IMG/VR virus record: IMGVR_UViG_3300033512_000056 | Coordinates: 1 to 41,076 of that record | Length of the DNA stretch: 41,076 nucleotides | Reading direction: 5' to 3' (one strand) | Source of the DNA: a virus | Lineage: Duplodnaviria; Caudoviricetes | In this document: positions 17,956 through 28,045 of the stretch, piece by piece | Position numbering within the stretch: the stretch's first letter is position 1 | Layout: every line of letters begins with the position of its first letter | Notes under the pieces: model-generated | Told to the model about the DNA's origin: nothing | Seen by the model: the letters and a program-made list of their open reading frames with translations, nothing else | Databases searched by the model: none | Program-made: the position numbers and the translations under genes

Positions 17956-19023
17956 ATGCGAGTATATTATGTCTCAAGCGGACTTGCGGGGTGTTACTAC
18001 GTCAGATGTCTACTTCCATTACAAGCTAATGGTTGGGATGGTGATGTTACAAGTATCACGTTCACACAAAAGACTCCAGAAAATAAAGGGTTAGCAGCAA
18101 TCAATTCAGACATTGTGGTTTTTCACCGACCAGAAAGTCCTGATAAATTAAAACTAGCACAACACTTAAAATCTATAGGAAAGAAAATCGTCTATGATAA
18201 TGACGACACTTATATGGATGAAAACTCTGTAAAGTTAAATGCTTACATGACAGAGGAACGTGTTAAAAAAGGACTACAGAAAATAGGCGACATGGCAAAC
18301 TCTTTTATTAAAGAAGCAGACCTTGTAACTTGTTCAACTGAACAACTAGCAGAGGAATATAGAAAGATAAATCCAAATGTTAAAGTTCTACCAAACTTAA
18401 TTGACCCTTTCTTATTTGATGAACCATTAAGAAACGATGGAGATAAAGTACGAATTGGTATAACAGGAAGCGTGGGCTTGACGTCTGATTTAGATGTGTT
18501 ATTTCCTATATTCAAACATTACGAGAACGACCCTAGAGTTCAGCTCGTATTCTTTTCACTAAATGATAATCCAACGAAGTTAATGAGAGAAATCTATCAA
18601 GGAGAATATGCTATTTTAGAGAGTATGAAAAACCTAGAGTGGGTTCCATTAGTTCCAGTTGAAGAATATTATAGCAAACTAAATAGTCTTAAATTAGACC
18701 TACAGATTATTCCACGACAAGATAACTATTTTAATCGTTGTAAATCAAACATTAAGTTCCTTGAAAGTTCTATGTTAGAAATACCCTGTGTCGCACAAGG
18801 ATTCCCAGATGGAAAATCTCCTTATCAGGTTAATCCAGAAGATTCAAAGCACATGCTTATTGCTCAGACTTCAGAGGAATGGATTGAGAAGATTGAAGAG
18901 CTTATTGCAGATAAAGATAAAAGACGTAAAATGGGTAAAGAAGCTAGGGAGTATGTAGAAGAGAATTACGACATTAGCCGCAAGTGTAACTTATGGGAAG
19001 AAGCGTATGGACAATTACTTTAA
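17956..19023 (+). CDS. Glycosyltransferase (GT-B, GT4-like)
   Basis: GCYYVRC..P; DIVVFHR; VYDNDD; ADLVTCST; FNRCKSNIKFLE; W.EKIEELI.D. Confidence 0.9.
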   Translation: MRVYYVSSGLAGCYYVRCLLPLQANGWDGDVTSITFTQKTPENKGLAAINSDIVVFHRPESPDKLKLAQHLKSIGKKIVYDNDDTYMDENSVKLNAYMTEERVKKGLQKIGDMANSFIKEADLVTCSTEQLAEEYRKINPNVKVLPNLIDPFLFDEPLRNDGDKVRIGITGSVGLTSDLDVLFPIFKHYENDPRVQLVFFSLNDNPTKLMREIYQGEYAILESMKNLEWVPLVPVEEYYSKLNSLKLDLQIIPRQDNYFNRCKSNIKFLESSMLEIPCVAQGFPDGKSPYQVNPEDSKHMLIAQTSEEWIEKIEELIADKDKRRKMGKEAREYVEENYDISRKCNLWEEAYGQLL

Positions 19024-20134
19024 TCAATTTTTAAAAACACACAATCCTAAGAAGATACTCCACATTGGAGGACACTTTGGAGAAGAGGGTGAAATGTATA
19101 CTAAACTCGGTGTTAAATTTACCTTTGTAGAACCAGTTAAAGAGTTTGCAGAGAAGATAAAGGAAAAAGAATATCCTGTACTAGAAATGGCAGTTGGAAC
19201 TTTCGATGGCGAGTTCTACGTTGATAGAGGTTTATCTTCATTCCTTAAATCAAAAGAGGAAAGAGAGATAGCAAGAGTAGAACATATTAAAGCTGTGCCA
19301 TTATCTAAAATTGAAAAAGGTTACGACACACTTGTTATTGATACAGAGGGAACTATCTTAGACGTACTTAAAAGCGGTAAGCTTGATGACGCTAAAGTTA
19401 TAATCTGTGAATTAAGAGATGAACTTATATTTGTTGACGAATCTTCAAAAGATGAGGTAGAACAATATCTATCTTCTAAAGGATTTACAAAAGTAGAGGA
19501 ACATGTACTTGATGACGACCCAGAAGCTTATGACGTTTTCTTTGTACGAGAACTTAACTTCCAAGAACTAGCAAGACAAGTTCCTAAATACTATGAAATG
19601 CACAATGTATATCAGAGTGTTTGGGTTGGTGGTAAAGAAATCATCAAAGGTACGAGAGACAATATGTTTGCTCGATTAAACAAAATAAACAAAGCAGACA
19701 TAAAAGATAAAGTTGTCGTTGATATAGGTTGTAATCTTGGTGCTTCTAGTTTCTGGGCCATAGAAAATGGTGCTAAGGAGTGTGTCGGATTTGACGTAGC
19801 AAAAGAGGGTATAGCGTTAGCAAATACAATAGCTAAAGCATATAACTTAAATTGTAGTTTCCATGTTCAAGACTTTGGTGTTAAAATACCTAAGCGTGGA
19901 GATATTGCATTTTGTTTTGCTTGTCACGATGATATTTCAAAAGACGGCAAACGTGATGCACAACTACTAGAGAACCTAAAACACTACGATATAGTTTATT
20001 TTGAAACACACTTAAAACACTCATTTGGTAACTGGGATATGCCACAATTAATCAAAGATAATTTCAAATGTGAGTATCTTGGTGAAACAGGAGAGGGTAG
20101 TTTAAAGAGAGACTTATATCGTCTAACAGCATGA
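19007..20134 (+). CDS. Fusion of FkbM-like and class I SAM methyltransferase domains
   Basis: ILHIGGH.GEE..VEP..IDTEG in N-half; VVDIGCNLG in C-half. Confidence 0.85.
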   Translation: MDNYFNQFLKTHNPKKILHIGGHFGEEGEMYTKLGVKFTFVEPVKEFAEKIKEKEYPVLEMAVGTFDGEFYVDRGLSSFLKSKEEREIARVEHIKAVPLSKIEKGYDTLVIDTEGTILDVLKSGKLDDAKVIICELRDELIFVDESSKDEVEQYLSSKGFTKVEEHVLDDDPEAYDVFFVRELNFQELARQVPKYYEMHNVYQSVWVGGKEIIKGTRDNMFARLNKINKADIKDKVVVDIGCNLGASSFWAIENGAKECVGFDVAKEGIALANTIAKAYNLNCSFHVQDFGVKIPKRGDIAFCFACHDDISKDGKRDAQLLENLKHYDIVYFETHLKHSFGNWDMPQLIKDNFKCEYLGETGEGSLKRDLYRLTA

Positions 20135-20931
20135 AAATAATACTTACTTGTTCAACAATGGAATATCTATCTGGTTCTCCATTATACAACTACACACTAG
20201 CTAAAGAACTTGCGAAAGAACATACTGTATCTGTATTGTCAAGGTGGGGTGCTAATCACTTAAGATTTGAACTAGAGGACTTAGGTGTAGAGATTCTAAC
20301 AGAGCCAACAGGTCATTATGATTTAGCTATAGTTTCTCAAAGAGACATGCCATTACCAAGTGCAGATAAGACTATCCATGTAGTCCATAGTGAATATGAA
20401 TGTGAGACTCCTAGAGAGAATATGGAACACTATGTTGCTATACGACCGAGCATTAAGGAACACTTAATTAAAGAGCATGGTATACCAGAGAAAAAGATTA
20501 CTGTTGTTTATAATGGAATAGACCTAGAGAAGTTTGCACCTAGACAGAAGTCTGAAAGAGATTATTTTAAGGTTGTTATTCCTGCCACTCGTGACACACT
20601 AAGACAAAATCTATTTAATTACTACATGGCAAAAGCAAACAAGGATTATCGAGTATACATATTTGGTAAGTTCTTTGGTGCTAGAATAAGTGGTGATTAT
20701 GTTTATCAGTTTGATGAGGTTTCTAATATTGAAGAACATATTGGAGATGCAGATTTAGTTGCTGGTATTCTCCTTGGCAGAGTGAATCTTGAGGCAAGAG
20801 CTATGGATGTTAAATCAATGATACATAACCCTAGTAACCCAGATGACTGTTATGAGTATTATCCAGATAGAATAGACTTTGAATCAAAACACGACATTAA
20901 ACTTGTCGCAAAACAACTATGTGCTATCTAA
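20131..20931 (+). CDS. Glycosyltransferase (GT4-like)
   Basis: SGSPLY..LAKEL; VVYNGIDLEKF; ADLVAG..GRV.LEA. Confidence 0.8.
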   Translation: MKIILTCSTMEYLSGSPLYNYTLAKELAKEHTVSVLSRWGANHLRFELEDLGVEILTEPTGHYDLAIVSQRDMPLPSADKTIHVVHSEYECETPRENMEHYVAIRPSIKEHLIKEHGIPEKKITVVYNGIDLEKFAPRQKSERDYFKVVIPATRDTLRQNLFNYYMAKANKDYRVYIFGKFFGARISGDYVYQFDEVSNIEEHIGDADLVAGILLGRVNLEARAMDVKSMIHNPSNPDDCYEYYPDRIDFESKHDIKLVAKQLCAI

Positions 20932-21425
20932 TTTCCCCACATTGTGATGACGAAACATTGTTTGCCTCATATACAATTATGAGAGAAAAACCCATTGTTG
21001 TTATTTTAACCTTTCCTACTTTACAAGGAGATAATGGTTATGAGAGAATAATGGAAAGCTATAAAGCTATGAAGTTATTAGGAAGTCCTGTTATGTTTCT
21101 TAATATACCAGAAGATAAGTTCAACGAGGAGTTATTGCGTACTAAATTGGGTAAATTAGGCATAACAAATCAAGAGGTTATTGTTCCACACTTAGACGGA
21201 GGACACGAACATCACGATATAACACACCGAGTAACTACTGAAATGTTTACAAATGTTTCTTATTATAGGACTTATGGTCAAGGAGAAACTAGGGCTATCG
21301 GTTTTGATGTTGAGGCAACAGACGAAGAGAAGGAACTTAAACAACAAGCCATGAATTGCTACAAGACACAGATTAATAATCCATTAACAGCCCATTATTT
21401 TACAAACTTACATGAATACAAATAA
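20919..21425 (+). CDS. PIG-L/LmbE family deacetylase
   Basis: SPHCDDE, R..ES..A, GGHEHH, K..AM.CYKTQ. Confidence 0.9.
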   Translation: MCYLISPHCDDETLFASYTIMREKPIVVILTFPTLQGDNGYERIMESYKAMKLLGSPVMFLNIPEDKFNEELLRTKLGKLGITNQEVIVPHLDGGHEHHDITHRVTTEMFTNVSYYRTYGQGETRAIGFDVEATDEEKELKQQAMNCYKTQINNPLTAHYFTNLHEYK

Positions 21426-21816
21426 AGTCATCTGGATAGTCGGAATGATGTGTACTGGGAAAACAACCTTCTCAAATAAGCTAGGAGAACTTCTTGGTAT
21501 GACACCATTTCACTTAGACCACATAGACCAATCGCTCCCTTTAGTTGAAGCATATCGTGAGGCGATTAAGACTGGTTTGATAGATGGATTTACTCCACAC
21601 AGAAACCAAGCTCACTACAACGCCATAATGACAGCACTGGAAAATAGTGATATAATTTATATACAGATGGCACCACCTTACGAGGAATGGTTAAAAAGAT
21701 GTCAGCCAATTATTAATAACCCAACAGACGAAAACCCACCAAGTTATTCTAAGGAAGAATACGAAGCCGAGAATGACAGAATTAACAAATTAACGAACTC
21801 AATATTATGCAAATAA
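21412..21816 (+). CDS. P-loop kinase (NMP/shikimate kinase-like)
   Basis: IWIVGMMCTGKTT, HLD, IDG. Confidence 0.75.
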   Translation: MNTNKVIWIVGMMCTGKTTFSNKLGELLGMTPFHLDHIDQSLPLVEAYREAIKTGLIDGFTPHRNQAHYNAIMTALENSDIIYIQMAPPYEEWLKRCQPIINNPTDENPPSYSKEEYEAENDRINKLTNSILCK

Positions 21817-22328
21817 CAGATAAAAGAATCATTAAACTACTAACAGACAAAGATGAACTTGTCAAGGAGGGCAGAAAGATTAGCCAGAATCTTGAAAAGA
21901 TAGACTACAAAATCAAAGTCCTCGAAGATAAAGAGAAGGCTATTACTGCAAAGATAGAACCAAAGGAACTTGGCGAGCAAGCAGACAAATTAAAGGCACA
22001 AATCAATGAGCTTCTTAAACAGTTTGAAAAGGTTTCTGGTGATATATTTAATGAGAAGATGGCAGGTATACCTAAAGCTATTGAGACGGAACATAAAGAC
22101 TTACTTAAACTTAAAGAGGAAAAGGAAAGAGAACGTAACAAAATAGCCCTTAAAGTTCAGAAGATTAAGGACAGAGTAGTGCCTTTAATTAAGAAAGAAG
22201 TGACTCCTTTGTTAAAAGAATACGAGGATATTGAGAGTATTGAGATAAAAGGTGAGGTGGCTAACGTCAAGACTTTCTCCTATTTAGAGGAATTTAAAAC
22301 TAGATTTAATAAGAACAAACAGAAATAG
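21807..22328 (+). CDS. Coiled-coil protein
   Basis: K/E-rich heptads. Confidence 0.7.
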   Translation: MQITDKRIIKLLTDKDELVKEGRKISQNLEKIDYKIKVLEDKEKAITAKIEPKELGEQADKLKAQINELLKQFEKVSGDIFNEKMAGIPKAIETEHKDLLKLKEEKERERNKIALKVQKIKDRVVPLIKKEVTPLLKEYEDIESIEIKGEVANVKTFSYLEEFKTRFNKNKQK

Positions 22329-22351
22329 ACTGTGTGTTATAATATACCTAT

Positions 22352-23080
22352 ATGGTATTTAATGACACGACTAGTAAGTCAGGGTTAATTCAGGACTGCG
22401 AAATTAGACTCTTTAGTGCTGATTTTGGACATATATCCGATAATGCAAATCGGATGTTTGTTTTTACTAATTTAATTAACAGAGCTTTAGATAAACTAAC
22501 ACACGAGCTTATAACAAACGACACAACTTGGCAGTGGGATGATTATAATAATACAGACTTCCCAGAAGCAACTACTGACTTAGTATCTGGTCAAGCTGAT
22601 TATGCTCTTGAGAAAACAGCCCTTACGATACAAGAGGTTCAAGTTAAAGACTCAGTAGGTAACTGGAAAATATTAAGACAGGTAGATGAAATAAACATCA
22701 ACCCTAATGTAACACAAGAACCTTTGGAAGAAAGATTTGAGACAGACGGAATCCCTGAATTTTATAACTTAGAGGGTAATTCTATTATTCTATATCCTGC
22801 TACAAATTATGCTTCTACTGACGGATTAAAGATTAAAACACAACGACCACATGGTTACTACACTGTTTCAGATACAACAAAAGAACCAGGTTTCATGCCA
22901 CATTTTCATCATATTGTATCTTTAATGGCTTGTGCGGACTATGCAGTTATGAACGCTATGGATGTCGCAAACAACTTTGTTTCATTAGTAGATAGAGAAC
23001 TTAAAAATCTACGAACTCATCTTTCAAAGAGAAACACTTACGAGAGAACAATGAAGCCTCGTTATAAAATAACAAGATAA
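22352..23080 (+). CDS. Head-tail adaptor / tail tubular protein A-like
   Basis: LVSGQADYAL..G.PEFY..IILYP..P.F..FH..ACADYA; position. Confidence 0.7.
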   Translation: MVFNDTTSKSGLIQDCEIRLFSADFGHISDNANRMFVFTNLINRALDKLTHELITNDTTWQWDDYNNTDFPEATTDLVSGQADYALEKTALTIQEVQVKDSVGNWKILRQVDEININPNVTQEPLEERFETDGIPEFYNLEGNSIILYPATNYASTDGLKIKTQRPHGYYTVSDTTKEPGFMPHFHHIVSLMACADYAVMNAMDVANNFVSLVDRELKNLRTHLSKRNTYERTMKPRYKITR

Positions 23081-23082
23081 TT

Positions 23083-23496
23083 ATGGCATTAACATTCAAT
23101 AAAGCTCAACCATTTGTAGAGGCATTGTTTCACGGCAAACATGATTTTAGTTCTGACCAATTAACTATTGCTTTAACAAATACAGCACACAATAACGCAT
23201 GGACTAAACTAGCTGACTTGACTCAAGTTGCATATACAAATCTATCTTCAAGAGATTTAACAACCTCATCTTCTTCACAAACTGGCGGTACATATAAGTT
23301 AGTATTAGCAGACTTAGTTCTAACTTCAACAGGAGGAACAACTGGTGCGTTTCAATATATTTATATTTATAATGATACAGCAACAGATAAAGACCTTGTT
23401 GGATACTTTGACTATGGTTCAGCACTTACGCTTGCCGATGGTCAATCTATCACTCTTGATTTTAGTGCTGTAAATGGTGTCCTTACAAACGCCTAA
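23083..23496 (+). CDS. Virion structural protein
   Basis: FNK..F..H.FSSD.L.IALTN..YIYNDTA..GYFDYGS pattern typical of phage tail proteins. Confidence 0.65.
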   Translation: MALTFNKAQPFVEALFHGKHDFSSDQLTIALTNTAHNNAWTKLADLTQVAYTNLSSRDLTTSSSSQTGGTYKLVLADLVLTSTGGTTGAFQYIYIYNDTATDKDLVGYFDYGSALTLADGQSITLDFSAVNGVLTNA

Positions 23497-23502
23497 TAAA
23501 CT

Positions 23503-24444
23503 ATGGCAAATACAAAATCACTAGACCTTGAACTAAGTTCGAGTCAATACGCAAGTATCGCAGATGCGAGTCAAACTGGCTTAGACATAACTGGTGATTT
23601 AACTATTGAGTCATGGATTAAGTTAGAAAGTTTGCCTGGAAGTGGTGCTGATTATCCGATAGCTTCTAAATGGGATGCAAATGGTTCTGCTCTATCATAT
23701 TTATTTACATATCAGAATAACTCTGGAACATATAGATTCGTCACTCAATTAAGTAACTCTGCTGGAACAGTTGCAACAGCAGTATATAATCAAACATTAG
23801 ACGCAGGAACATGGTATCACGTTGCTATGGTTGTTGACTTGGCAACCGACTCAGTTGAGTATTTCGTCGACGGCTCATCTATTGGTAGTGGGGCTTTAAG
23901 TGCTGCTATAGCAGATATAAAGAACTCTACAGCAAAATTTGCGATTGGTGCTAGATTTAATAATGCACCTGCAGCTTTATACGATGGTTTAATTGATGAT
24001 GTAAGAGTATGGTCTGATAAGAGAACCCCAACAGAAATCGCCAATAATCGTTCAGTTGAGCTTATAGGAAATGAAGACAACTTAGCTGGTTATTGGAAAC
24101 TAAATGATGATTACCTAGACGCAACAGCAAATAACAATGACCTTACCGCCGCTGGTTCTCCAACGTTCTCTACAGATATACCATTTATAGGAAATATAAC
24201 TTCTGAATTAGGCACTGGCTCATTTACACTTACAGGTCAAGATATAAACGTATCACTTGGATATAGCGTAACACTAGGAACAGGAACATTTGTTCTTACT
24301 GGATATGGTCTATCACTTGAATTAAGCGGTTGGAATAACCCTGATAGAAACACTAGCTCATGGTCAAATATAGACAGGTCAAGTTCAACTTACAGTAACG
24401 AGGCAAGAAATTCTGCGTCATGGGCTAATCGAGATAAGTCATAA
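23503..24444 (+). CDS. LamG/concanavalin A-like lectin virion protein
   Basis: LTIESWIK..WYHVAMV..YFVDG..IG..GLIDDVRVW..LAGYWKLN; C-terminal WxNxxR repeats. Confidence 0.85.
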   Translation: MANTKSLDLELSSSQYASIADASQTGLDITGDLTIESWIKLESLPGSGADYPIASKWDANGSALSYLFTYQNNSGTYRFVTQLSNSAGTVATAVYNQTLDAGTWYHVAMVVDLATDSVEYFVDGSSIGSGALSAAIADIKNSTAKFAIGARFNNAPAALYDGLIDDVRVWSDKRTPTEIANNRSVELIGNEDNLAGYWKLNDDYLDATANNNDLTAAGSPTFSTDIPFIGNITSELGTGSFTLTGQDINVSLGYSVTLGTGTFVLTGYGLSLELSGWNNPDRNTSSWSNIDRSSSTYSNEARNSASWANRDKS

Positions 24445-24458
24445 TGTTATAATAAGAT

Positions 24459-24914
24459 ATGGACGAAATTGAAAAGCTCAAAAGAGAAGTCGAAGAACTA
24501 AAGACCTATGTAAATGATAGGAAAGTTCAGCAACTTACACTGCCTCTCGATGAAGTAACCAAGAAATTAATTGGTCAAGATGGAACAACAAGTAGTTCTA
24601 TACTATCTGCTGGGACGGCAGAGGGGTTAGTTATATCTGGTGGAGTTATAAGTCCAAGCTCTAGTCATTGTAGAGTTGATACAGAGGGATTGGCTGCGAC
24701 AGATGATATTGACACAATAACAACTACTGGACTACCAGAAGGAATGATTTTAATTGTTAGACCAGAGAGTGGACTAAGAGATGTCGTGGTTAAAGACGAT
24801 ACTGGTAATCTCCGTTTGGCAGGAGACTTCACAATGAATGGCTCACGAGATGCCATAGTTCTACTTAAGTCATCAACATCTTGGATAGAACTTTCACGAA
24901 GCGATAACTCATAA
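24459..24914 (+). CDS. Minor tail protein
   Basis: N-terminal coil, beta-rich C-terminus ending WIELSR; own promoter. Confidence 0.6.
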   Translation: MDEIEKLKREVEELKTYVNDRKVQQLTLPLDEVTKKLIGQDGTTSSSILSAGTAEGLVISGGVISPSSSHCRVDTEGLAATDDIDTITTTGLPEGMILIVRPESGLRDVVVKDDTGNLRLAGDFTMNGSRDAIVLLKSSTSWIELSRSDNS

Positions 24915-24916
24915 AT

Positions 24917-26932
24917 ATGTTTATAATACCAAACCAACAAACTAAAAAGCACTCACAGACAAATAAGTCAGACCTTTCAGGAACGATTTATCAATCTAAG
25001 AATATCAACCTTGACCAAGAGGGTTATATTAAACTTGCAGACGCAACTTTCGCACAATACTCTACAACTGACAGTGCTGATTTTGATGATGCAGATGCTA
25101 TGCTCGCAAGTGATGACGAGATATTTATAAACTCTGATGAAGAGTTTTCTGGTACTGCAGGACTTGGTGCTTTAACCAATCGTAATGGAGACACAAATAA
25201 AACAACCCCTGGTGTTGAACAAGATGTTACTTACTTTAATGGTACAGAAGTAGTTTCAGATGGTGCTAATATAGACTATCGTTCAGACACAACAGAATGG
25301 ACAACTGTTGATGTTTCTGGTGGTGCTTATGACGCAGGAAATCCTACTGCATTATGTGTCTATGATAATGCAAATGTTCTAGCTGTTGGTAACTCTAATG
25401 TAGTCAAGTTTATAAACACTTCATGGGCGGTTGAAACAACTGTGCTTACATTACCTGTCGGCTATAGAGTAACTTCAATGGCGTGTATTGGTAATTCGCT
25501 ATTTATTGCTACGAGAAACGTGTCTGGTTTAGAGTCAAGGTTTTTCATTACAAATTCAGTTCAAACAACTTACGACTACTCATACCCAACAGGTTCATTT
25601 GAATTACCTTCAATTAAGACATTTAAGTCATCTATCATAGGTATAAACTCATTAGGTCAACTAATCAGATTTAATGGTGGAGGTTTTGATGTTCTTGCTA
25701 CACTTCCAATTTACAATACAGACTTAGAATGGGCTGACGCACTTAATGATTATTCAAGAGTATCAAACAGAGGCATTACTATTGACGGAGATTTAATATA
25801 TGTAAACCTATCTTCTGTGGTAGAAGCAGGAAGATTTAAAATGCTTCCAGGTTTCTTATCTGGTGTATGGTGTTATGATGATTCAAATGGTGCTTTTTAT
25901 CATAGGTATTCTCCAAGTTATTCAACAATAAAAACAATTACGAATCCAACAGTAGACGCAACACTTAATACATTTACAGGTGGTGCAGGTTCATTCGATG
26001 GTTGTGTTACTGGTATGCCAGTATTCTATTCTGCGGCGGCTGAAATTCCTGAATTAAGAGAGGGCGGTAGATGTTATTTCCTTATAAAAGATAGTTCAAC
26101 AGTATGTAAACTAGCTTCGACTTATGCAGACGCTATAGCAGGAACAGCTATTGATATTTCTGCAACAGGAACTACAAATGTTCTAACAGTAATAAAGACT
26201 AATGATTATGGTTCTGGTTATCACGATAACAGAGCAGCTATAGTAACATTGAATAGTAAACTATTTGACTCCGATTATGTTGGTAGAATTTGTATGACAG
26301 CAAACTTAATGGTCAAACAAGCAACAACAGATACAACAGTATTTTGTCCTACTTCACCTTACCTACCTAATCGTGGTTACTTTGTGACACCAAGACTTAA
26401 TTCACAGGAAGCTACAGATAAATTTAATACATTTAGCTTAAAGTTCAAGCCACTTGACACAGATGATAAAATCGTGGTCAAATATAAAACACAAGATAGA
26501 CTAAACTTCCCTAAGACATCATTACAGTTCGGTACTACAACTAAATGGAAAGGAACTTGGACTGACACAGACTCCTTCACAACAACATCAGACCTTTCTG
26601 GAGTGGTTGCAGGAGATGAGGTTGAAATAATCGCAGGTGTTGGCTCTGGTATTACAGCTCATGTATCAAGTATTACTTACTTAACAGGTACTTACACAGT
26701 AAATCTTGATGAAACTTTCCCTTTTGCTGTGGCTAACGACATTTTCTACTTTGTTGTAGACAACTGGACTAAGCTAACAACTATAGATAGTACGAATACA
26801 GACCACTATTATCAGACGCAACTTGGTAATGAGGGCAAGTTTATTCAGGTTAAAGTTGAAATGCGAGGTATTGGTTTAACAATAGAAGAATTACAAATTA
26901 ATAATAAGAACCAATTACCAACCAAGAAGTAA
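24917..26932 (+). CDS. Tail nozzle/hub protein (P22 gp10/T7 gp12-like)
   Basis: 671-aa beta-rich protein; C-terminal GKFIQVKVEMRG; position before ejection-type genes. Confidence 0.6.
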   Translation: MFIIPNQQTKKHSQTNKSDLSGTIYQSKNINLDQEGYIKLADATFAQYSTTDSADFDDADAMLASDDEIFINSDEEFSGTAGLGALTNRNGDTNKTTPGVEQDVTYFNGTEVVSDGANIDYRSDTTEWTTVDVSGGAYDAGNPTALCVYDNANVLAVGNSNVVKFINTSWAVETTVLTLPVGYRVTSMACIGNSLFIATRNVSGLESRFFITNSVQTTYDYSYPTGSFELPSIKTFKSSIIGINSLGQLIRFNGGGFDVLATLPIYNTDLEWADALNDYSRVSNRGITIDGDLIYVNLSSVVEAGRFKMLPGFLSGVWCYDDSNGAFYHRYSPSYSTIKTITNPTVDATLNTFTGGAGSFDGCVTGMPVFYSAAAEIPELREGGRCYFLIKDSSTVCKLASTYADAIAGTAIDISATGTTNVLTVIKTNDYGSGYHDNRAAIVTLNSKLFDSDYVGRICMTANLMVKQATTDTTVFCPTSPYLPNRGYFVTPRLNSQEATDKFNTFSLKFKPLDTDDKIVVKYKTQDRLNFPKTSLQFGTTTKWKGTWTDTDSFTTTSDLSGVVAGDEVEIIAGVGSGITAHVSSITYLTGTYTVNLDETFPFAVANDIFYFVVDNWTKLTTIDSTNTDHYYQTQLGNEGKFIQVKVEMRGIGLTIEELQINNKNQLPTKK

Positions 26933-26949
26933 TGGTATAATATAACAAT

Positions 26950-28044
26950 ATGAAAGACGAAGCTACAGGAGTAATGTACAATACTAGAAGTGACTATGAT
27001 AAAGCCATGTTGGACACCTTTAATAAAGGTATCGCTAAAGAGTCAATAAATCCGACTGATGTTTCGTCATCTAAGGCAATTAAGCTGCCAGGTAAAAACA
27101 ATCTTGTTGACAAAACTACTTCTAACCTTTCAATGGGGGTTAATGCTATACCAGTATCTAAACTAACTAAAACATCTAGTGATGCCGATGTAATGTCGGC
27201 TCTTGGTTATATAAATCCACAGGAACAGGCTCGACTTGGTTATGCACAGAAGATTGGTGAGGGCTTGAAGAAACTCTTGGGTAAATCAGAAAAGAGTGCT
27301 GACTTATATGAAGATGCTGGGTTAGAAGAAAAACAAAACAACCTTCAGTCACTTGATAATGATATTGCAGGAGAACAACGAGCACTAGATAAAGAGCTAC
27401 GCAGACTAAGTGATAACCCTTTTGGTATGTCAACTAATGCATTAACTTCAGAAATGAATCGTGTTCGTGGTGATTCCCTTGAAAGACAAGCAGACCTTTC
27501 TATTATAAAGGCAGGTGTTCAAGGAGATATAACAACAGCTCAATCTATCATTCAGCAAAAACTTGATATGGAATTTGCGCCAGTCGAGGAAGAAATACAA
27601 TACTACACACAGTTACTCGAGCTATCTGATATGGAATCAGGTATCTTAGATAAGAAAGAAAAAGACCAATTAAACTTTATCTTAAATGAAAGACAAACTG
27701 CTATGGATGAGGCTAAGGCAGAAAAGAAAACTCGCTATGAATTAGCTTCTCAGCTTGCCTCGACCGACCCTGCTGCGGCTAAGGCATTATTGTCTGGTCA
27801 GATGACTATCGAAGAAGGTATTATGAGAAGTGGAAATACAAGTAGTGGGACAGATACTGATAATAAAGACATAGAATCATTCTATAAAGATGTACAATCT
27901 TATGTAGAAAAATTGGGTGCAAATTCAATGTCGTGGGCTACTGCTTTTAATGCACTAAAGGCAAGATACCCACAGGCATCTAATGAATTAATAGACCAAA
28001 CACTTGGTAAGAATAATTACTACGAAGTAACTGGTAATAAATAA
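26950..28044 (+). CDS. Putative internal virion/DNA ejection protein
   Basis: Helical coiled-coil; podovirus gene order. Confidence 0.55.
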   Translation: MKDEATGVMYNTRSDYDKAMLDTFNKGIAKESINPTDVSSSKAIKLPGKNNLVDKTTSNLSMGVNAIPVSKLTKTSSDADVMSALGYINPQEQARLGYAQKIGEGLKKLLGKSEKSADLYEDAGLEEKQNNLQSLDNDIAGEQRALDKELRRLSDNPFGMSTNALTSEMNRVRGDSLERQADLSIIKAGVQGDITTAQSIIQQKLDMEFAPVEEEIQYYTQLLELSDMESGILDKKEKDQLNFILNERQTAMDEAKAEKKTRYELASQLASTDPAAAKALLSGQMTIEEGIMRSGNTSSGTDTDNKDIESFYKDVQSYVEKLGANSMSWATAFNALKARYPQASNELIDQTLGKNNYYEVTGNK

Positions 28045-28045
28045 C

